DNA from: Candidatus Iainarchaeum sp.
GTDB lineage: Archaea; Iainarchaeota; Iainarchaeia; Iainarchaeales; GCA-2688035
Length of the DNA: 10,719 nucleotides
NCBI GenBank assembly: GCA_028713935.1
Contig: JAQTNI010000029.1
Span: 7,535-18,253, forward strand
Direction: 5' to 3'
Every line of letters starts with the position of its first letter. Position 1 is the stretch's first letter. The position numbers were made by a program, and so were the translations under genes. The notes below the pieces were generated by a model. The model did no database searches, had not been told where the DNA came from, and saw only the letters and a list, made by a program, of their open reading frames with translations. Below are positions 6,140-10,719 of this stretch, piece after piece.

Positions 6140-7147
6140 TCAGGCTAATTTTTTCTTTTCAAAGATTTTTTCAATGATTTTTTGCTTTAATCCAGAGTCA
6201 ATGTTTTCCCCTTCAATAAGGATTTCATCGGCAATTTTTTCAGCGAGGTTTTTTGCTTTTTCAATTTGTTCTTCCGAAGCGAGGTCTGCCTTGTTCAAAA
6301 CAGTAATTATGTATACTCCGAATTGTTTTTTTGTTTCTTCCATCAGGCCGGCCTGTTCTTCAAGCTTGTAGCCGCATTGTTCTGTCGGGTCTATTACAAA
6401 AATAATTATTTTTGCAAGGTGCCTTATTGCAGCAATTGCTTTTCTTTCAATGGGGTTTCTTTCTTCAAAAGGTCTGTCAAGCAGGCCTGGAGTGTCGATT
6501 ATTTGTATGTCCTGGTATTTTGCCTCAAAATATCCTATCTGCAATTTTTGTGTTGTAAATGGATAAGAGGCTATTTTTGCTTTTGAACCAGTCAATCTCG
6601 CCAGTATTGTTGTTTTGCCAGTATTGGGAAATCCCGCGAGTATTGCTGTCGGCGCTTCTGCTTTGATGTTTGGAAGCTCGTTCATTCTCCTTGCTGTTTC
6701 GTTGTATTGTTCAATGCTTTTATCAAGCCTTTTTGCCGTGCTTGAAATCCTGCCGAAAAAGCTTCTTGTTATTTCCAGAATTTTTTTCTCGCGTTTTCCG
6801 AACATGCGGATTTTTTTTATTTCTTCTTTCTGTATTTTTCTTATTATTTTTGCTGTGATGCTGAATTGTGCAAGCGCTTTTTTTGTTTTTTCAATTTCAA
6901 TTGTGGCTTCAAGCAGTTCTTTCTGGAAAGGAAGCAAATTGTCAACAGATGGAAAGTCTTTTACTGCTTTTTCAAGCTTTTCGGAAAGGATTTCCGCTGC
7001 ATTTTCCATCTGGCTTATTCTTCTTGCCCTTTCAAAGCGCACTTGTTCCCTTTCATTGTGTGCCTTTTCTCCGGGCGCTTCTTTCCTTGCCCTTGAAAAG
7101 GCATTGTCAAGCAGTTCCTGGGGTTTTTGCAAAAAATTCAGCCTCAT
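6140..7147 (-). CDS. Nog1-type (NOG1/MMR_HSR1 family) GTP-binding protein
   Basis: The G motifs are GFPNTGKT (G1), PFTT (G2), DTPG (G3) and NKAD (G4). They follow a helical N-terminal domain (ELLDNAFSRARKEA ... FPSVDNLLPFQKELLE) typical of archaeal Nog1 homologues. The track ORF begins at TTG 7189. I prefer ATG 7147 (MRLNFLQKPQELLDNAF), which has AAGGGATGAG just upstream. Confidence 0.85.
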   Translation of the reverse strand: MRLNFLQKPQELLDNAFSRARKEAPGEKAHNEREQVRFERARRISQMENAAEILSEKLEKAVKDFPSVDNLLPFQKELLEATIEIEKTKKALAQFSITAKIIRKIQKEEIKKIRMFGKREKKILEITRSFFGRISSTAKRLDKSIEQYNETARRMNELPNIKAEAPTAILAGFPNTGKTTILARLTGSKAKIASYPFTTQKLQIGYFEAKYQDIQIIDTPGLLDRPFEERNPIERKAIAAIRHLAKIIIFVIDPTEQCGYKLEEQAGLMEETKKQFGVYIITVLNKADLASEEQIEKAKNLAEKIADEILIEGENIDSGLKQKIIEKIFEKKKLA

Positions 7148-7250
7148 TTTCTCATCCCTTAAAATCAATTGCCTATCGCAGATTTTCAAAAGCTCTTGCC
7201 ACTGTTATCTTTTTAATCCTTTACCTGCCTAATTTTTCCGATTGGCGGGT

Positions 7251-7268
7251 TTTAATAATTTTTAATTC
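7251..7268 (+). promoter_or_regulatory. Candidate TATA-like AT tract in the divergent Nog1/secF intergenic region
   Basis: The sequence is tttaataatttttaattc. A transcription start about 25 nt downstream would leave a short leader carrying GAGAAAGGGG ahead of TTG 7301. Confidence 0.25.
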
Positions 7269-7285
7269 AATCTTTTTTTAAATGC

Positions 7286-7295
7286 GAGAAAGGGG
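7286..7295 (+). promoter_or_regulatory. SD-like element GAGAAAGGGG upstream of the secF TTG start
   Basis: A purine-rich block followed by T5, then TTG at 7301. Confidence 0.4.
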
Positions 7296-7300
7296 TTTTT

Positions 7301-8392
7301 TTGCTGGAAAATTTTTATGAGGGCAAATACAAGATTTTCCTTGGAATTGCAATTGCAATTCTCGTGATAATGGGAATTTTTGCTTTTGCATGGCCTGGCA
7401 TTACAAAAGGCATTGACCTTTCAGGCGGAACACTTTTAATTGCAAGGACTGACAAGGCAATTGATTCCACAAAGCTTTCAGATGCAATTTCCTCAAAACT
7501 TGATTTGGTTGACCTGGCAATTTCAAGCATTGCCTCTCCCACAGGCTACGGAGTCACAATTAAATATGCGCAGAGCAAGGTTCTTGCAGCCGCACAGGCA
7601 GAAATTGATTCTGCAAAGGCTCTTCTTGAAAAAGACCCGAATTCTGCAGAAGCAAAAACCCATGCAGACAATGCAATTGCAATTCTTTCAAAATACCTTT
7701 CTGAAAAGCCTCCTGCCACAAATAATCCCTCTGAATCCGTTGCAAATGCAGATGTTGCTTTCACAGATGCAAAAGCAAGCATTAACAAGCAGATTCAAAA
7801 CACTCTTATTGAAACTTTTGGCCTGAAGCCAGACACTGCTTTTCAGATAAAAGAGGTTTCTCCGACTCTTGGGGCGAGCTTCTGGCAGACAGCAATAAAC
7901 GTGATAATAATTGTCTTAATCCTTGTAATCCTTGTTGTTTTCTTTTTTTTCAGGGAAATAATTCCCAGCATCGTTGTTTTTTCCTGCGGTATTTTTGATG
8001 CTGTTTTTTCCCTTGGTGCAATGGCTTTTTTTGGGATACCTTTAGGGCTTAACACTATCCCTGCCTTGCTTATGCTGATGGGTTACAGCATTGACACTGA
8101 TGTAATGGTTGCTTCAAGAGTCCTGACAAGAAAAGAAGGCACTCCTGAAAAAAGGGCTTCTTCAAGCATGTTAACAGGATTTACAATGACCGGCACTACA
8201 ATTGCGGCTGTCACTGTGATGGTGATAATTTCTTATGTTTACCAGGTTGAAGTTATTTTTGACATTGGAAGCGTTTTATTGCTGGGGCTTATAGGCGACC
8301 TGATAGGAACATGGCTTATGAGCGCTTCATTGCTTTTATGGTATTCCGAGTTCAAGCAGAAAAGAATTGACAAAAAATTTGCAGGCAGGTAA
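7301..8392 (+). CDS. secF: Protein-export membrane protein SecF (archaeal type)
   Basis: An N-terminal transmembrane (TM) helix (IFLGIAIAILVIMGIFAFA) and GIDLSGGT are followed by an extracytoplasmic domain. A C-terminal multi-TM bundle contains IPALLMLMGYSIDTDVMVASRV, which matches the SecF GYSxxD signature. The gene is immediately followed by secD. Confidence 0.85.
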   Translation: MLENFYEGKYKIFLGIAIAILVIMGIFAFAWPGITKGIDLSGGTLLIARTDKAIDSTKLSDAISSKLDLVDLAISSIASPTGYGVTIKYAQSKVLAAAQAEIDSAKALLEKDPNSAEAKTHADNAIAILSKYLSEKPPATNNPSESVANADVAFTDAKASINKQIQNTLIETFGLKPDTAFQIKEVSPTLGASFWQTAINVIIIVLILVILVVFFFFREIIPSIVVFSCGIFDAVFSLGAMAFFGIPLGLNTIPALLMLMGYSIDTDVMVASRVLTRKEGTPEKRASSSMLTGFTMTGTTIAAVTVMVIISYVYQVEVIFDIGSVLLLGLIGDLIGTWLMSASLLLWYSEFKQKRIDKKFAGR

Positions 8393-8418
8393 TTTTAAAT
8401 TTTTGAAAAGGTTTTTTT

Positions 8419-10056
8419 ATGGATGTTCTGAAAAACTGGCGTTTCTGGCTATTGGTTTTGTTCATAGTTGCCAGCATAGCTATTCTTGCATTCAAGGGAG
8501 TTGACTTTGGAATTGATTTTAAAGGAGGGACGCTTTTTACAATTGAATTCTCTCAAAAAATCACTGACCCTGAGCAAAAAGCGAGGATTGCAAACACTGT
8601 TTCGCAGAGGCTTGACTGGACAGGCCTGCGTGATACAACAGTGACTTTTTTTGGCGATGAATTTGTCCTTGCCCAGCTTGCTGAAACAAATCCCGACACA
8701 GTGGCAAGAATTGAATCCTTGTTAAAAAAACAGGGAAATTTTGAAGCCACAATTGACGGCAATATTATTTTTACTGGGTCTGACATTATTGCAATAAACA
8801 GGGAATCAACCCAGGGCTATGGCTTCAGGAAAGAAGGCGATTATGTAAGATGGTACCTGCCTTTTACCTTAAAGGCAGGCATTGGCAGTGCTTCTGAAAG
8901 ATTCAGGGATTTGACTTTCCACAGGTGCACTCTTATTTCCTTTGACCAGGCATCCGGAAAGCAATACGACTGCGACAAGACTTATTTTTTCATTGACAGG
9001 CCAGTTGAATCTGTTTTAATAATTCCCTCTGAATTGTATGATTCAGACAAGGCATTGCTCCTTGCGGGAAACACAACAAACGATATTCAATCAGACCTTA
9101 AAATTGATGAAATTATTCTGAACAGCGGTTCGCCGTATATAAAAATTGACACTAACGGCGCTTTTACAGAGGAACAATTAAATAATTTAAAGGAACTGCA
9201 AAAAACAAATCCAACTGCATTGGTTCAGCCTGGCCTGAATGCACTTATCCTGAACCAATTGAAAGGCATTGGCTTTGAAATAAAAGAAATTCCAAAAACA
9301 CCTGAAATTCCCTGGGTTTGGAATGCATTGGGAGTCAAAACAGCAATTGCACTGAGTTCTGACGTTGCCCATATGGATGTTGCAACAAAAGAGCTTGCCC
9401 AGCCAATTTCAAGTTTGCAGATTACAGGAGTGACAGGAGATTTTGCAACTGCACAGCAAAGGCTTTCTGATTTGGATATTTTGCTTTCAAGCGGCTCCCT
9501 GCCTGTTTCAGTGAAAAGCATTAGCAAAGAATCAATCAGCCCAGCTCTTGGGGAAAATTTTTTCACAACAGTCCTATGGATGGGCCTGCTTGCAATCATC
9601 ACTGTTTCACTTGTTGTTTTTGCAAGATACAGGGCTCCAAAAATAACTGGCCTGCTGGTTTTTTTCATTGTTTCGGAAACACTGATTACAATTGCAATGT
9701 CCTCTCTTTTGAGCAAATTTGACCTCGGCGCAGTGGCGGGAATAATCGCCGCGGTTGGAACAGGAATTGACACTGAAATAATAATCACTGAGGAATTACT
9801 GAGGGGAGAGGCAAGCGAAGAAGTTTCAAGCCTGGTTACAAGGATAAAACGCGCATTGTTCATTGTTTTTGCAGCGGCATCTGTTTCCCTTGCAACAATG
9901 CTTCCAATAATTTTCTTCGGGTTTGGCCTTGGAAAACTTGTAGGGTTTGCAATCACAACTTCAATGGGTGTCCTTATTGGGGTTATAGTTACAAGGCCTG
10001 TCTTTGCGGAGCTAGCAAAAATAGTTGTTGAAGGCTCAAAAGCAAAGCAAAATTGA
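8419..10056 (+). CDS. secD: Protein-export membrane protein SecD (archaeal type)
   Basis: An N-terminal TM helix and GIDFKGGT are followed by a large extracytoplasmic domain. The C-terminal TM bundle contains VAGIIAAVGTGIDTEIIITEE, which matches the SecD GxxVDxxV/I signature. ATG 8419 is preceded by GAAAAGG plus T7. Confidence 0.88.
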   Translation: MDVLKNWRFWLLVLFIVASIAILAFKGVDFGIDFKGGTLFTIEFSQKITDPEQKARIANTVSQRLDWTGLRDTTVTFFGDEFVLAQLAETNPDTVARIESLLKKQGNFEATIDGNIIFTGSDIIAINRESTQGYGFRKEGDYVRWYLPFTLKAGIGSASERFRDLTFHRCTLISFDQASGKQYDCDKTYFFIDRPVESVLIIPSELYDSDKALLLAGNTTNDIQSDLKIDEIILNSGSPYIKIDTNGAFTEEQLNNLKELQKTNPTALVQPGLNALILNQLKGIGFEIKEIPKTPEIPWVWNALGVKTAIALSSDVAHMDVATKELAQPISSLQITGVTGDFATAQQRLSDLDILLSSGSLPVSVKSISKESISPALGENFFTTVLWMGLLAIITVSLVVFARYRAPKITGLLVFFIVSETLITIAMSSLLSKFDLGAVAGIIAAVGTGIDTEIIITEELLRGEASEEVSSLVTRIKRALFIVFAAASVSLATMLPIIFFGFGLGKLVGFAITTSMGVLIGVIVTRPVFAELAKIVVEGSKAKQN

Positions 10057-10075
10057 TTCTGCTTTTAAGCCTACA

Positions 10076-10082
10076 TTTTTTT
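10076..10082 (+). terminator. T7 tract, candidate archaeal terminator for secFD
   Basis: Seven consecutive T residues lie 20 nt after the secD TGA. The tract sits in the 26-nt gap between secD and the convergent 136-aa gene. Confidence 0.4.
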
Positions 10083-10493
10083 CTACAATTTGCCGTGATT
10101 TCGCAAAAATGCTTCTATTACGCGCCGCAAATTACGATTTTTTATGACATTGACTGTTACTGCGCTTGCTTTTTTTGGAATCATAACCCTGCAAAAGTTT
10201 GTATGAAAAAAGTTAATGCCTCGTTGCTCAAAACCCATTTGTTTTAGCACAGTCACCACTGTATGGCGTGGCAGTGTTTTTGGCACTTCAATTCTTTTTG
10301 CATGCGCGTGTTGCGCGGCAATTTTTCGTTCAATCCCTGTTGTCATGCGTTCAGATTTTCCTGGAAATGTTCGGACAATTCCATGTGCATCCACAATTTG
10401 AAATGCGCTTATTCGGGTGCCTGGTTTTAAAGCTGTTCTTGGCGGAGTTTTGGATTGTTGCCTGCACTTTTTGGATTGATTGGGTTTTGGCAT
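10083..10493 (-). CDS. Hypothetical basic protein (136 aa). The C-terminal half is tentatively HicA/YcfA-like.
   Basis: ATG 10493 has a strong AAGGAGA 8 nt upstream (10502..10508), which overlaps the stop codon of the preceding gene. The C-terminal segment LPRHTVVTVLKQMGFEQRGINFFHTNF...AVTVNV...LRRVIEAFLRNHG loosely follows the HicA pattern (xxLxxxGF...H......TV....L.....L). I cannot verify this assignment without a profile search. Confidence 0.55.
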   Translation of the reverse strand: MPKPNQSKKCRQQSKTPPRTALKPGTRISAFQIVDAHGIVRTFPGKSERMTTGIERKIAAQHAHAKRIEVPKTLPRHTVVTVLKQMGFEQRGINFFHTNFCRVMIPKKASAVTVNVIKNRNLRRVIEAFLRNHGKL

Positions 10494-10506
10494 TGGTTCA
10501 TTCTCC

Positions 10507-10719
10507 TTAGAAATTGTTTTGTTTTTTGGCTTTGTAAAAGTATAATCCCATGGCTGTGCAAATTATTATTATCATTGCCAGAAGTGCAATTATTCCTAAT
10601 GGTTGCCCGAATATTCTTATTGGCTCTTGATACTCTGTTGTTGGGTAGGCTATGCAGATTCCTTTGTGGCATTTTTGTGCATAACCGCAGGGAGTGTTGT
10701 CAGGCACCAAAAAAAAGGC
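10507..10719 (-). CDS. C-terminal end of a membrane-anchored protein (Cys-containing ectodomain tail, one TM helix, basic tail). It is either a 67-aa small protein or the 3' end of a longer gene that starts beyond the right edge.
   Basis: The track ORF starts at TTG 10710, but the frame stays open to the window end (GCC TTT TTT upstream). The sequence PCGYAQKCHKGICIAYP is followed by the hydrophobic stretch LGIIALLAMIIIICTAMGLYFY and then KAKKQNNF. Confidence 0.5.
   Translation of the reverse strand, partial: AFFLVPDNTPCGYAQKCHKGICIAYPTTEYQEPIRIFGQPLGIIALLAMIIIICTAMGLYFYKAKKQNNF

Noticed and set aside
7148-7189. 14-codon N-terminal extension of the Nog1 GTPase from TTG 7189 (MKICDRQLILRDEK).
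   Set aside because: ATG 7147 gives an N-terminus (MRLNFLQKPQELLDNAF) that matches the usual Nog1 N-terminal layout and has an AAGGGA-type element upstream. The extension remains possible but is less likely.
6615-7232. 205-aa plus-strand ORF, with neighbouring ORFs, overlapping the Nog1 GTPase gene.
   Set aside because: It is antisense to a gene with all GTPase motifs intact, and its sequence is low-complexity Phe/Ser/Leu-rich.
9225-9956. 243-aa minus-strand ORF inside secD.
   Set aside because: It is antisense to the conserved SecD transmembrane region. The translation is Ser/Thr/Ala/Ile-rich without motifs, so it is most likely a codon-bias artefact.
10216-10510. Plus-strand ORFs 10216..10401 and 10268..10510 overlapping the 136-aa gene.
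   Set aside because: The minus-strand ORF has a strong SD and an ATG and is coupled to the upstream gene. The plus-strand ORFs have no such signals.
1-10719. I scanned for CRISPR repeats, tRNA or rRNA genes, transposase or IS termini, and long direct or inverted repeats.
   Set aside because: I found no periodic repeat-spacer structure, no GC-rich cloverleaf-like segments and no transposase-like ORFs by eye. The intergenic space is very small. A tRNAscan, Infernal and repeat-finder run would be needed for certainty.

Overview
This is an AT-rich archaeal chromosomal segment, probably from an uncultivated low-GC archaeon; I cannot place the lineage from sequence alone. It is almost fully coding. 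Minus strand, right to left: the C-terminal membrane anchor of a protein that starts beyond the right edge; a 136-aa orphan; a Nog1-type GTPase; a 271-aa orphan (methyltransferase-like core plus HTH); a UPF0147 protein; the PolD small subunit (DP1); and a large type IIG restriction-modification (RM) fusion gene. The RM gene is missing from the ORF track only because it runs off the left edge without a stop codon. Plus strand: secF then secD, the usual archaeal order. The main finding is a 418-aa LAGLIDADG intein inserted inside metal-binding motif II (GDxxDG) of the DP1 proofreading phosphoesterase. It carries an extra four-Cys insertion, and a likely selfish RM gene sits directly downstream. 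TTG starts preceded by a purine-rich Shine-Dalgarno-like (SD-like) block and a T6-T7 tract recur. I saw no rRNA, tRNA, CRISPR array or transposase.
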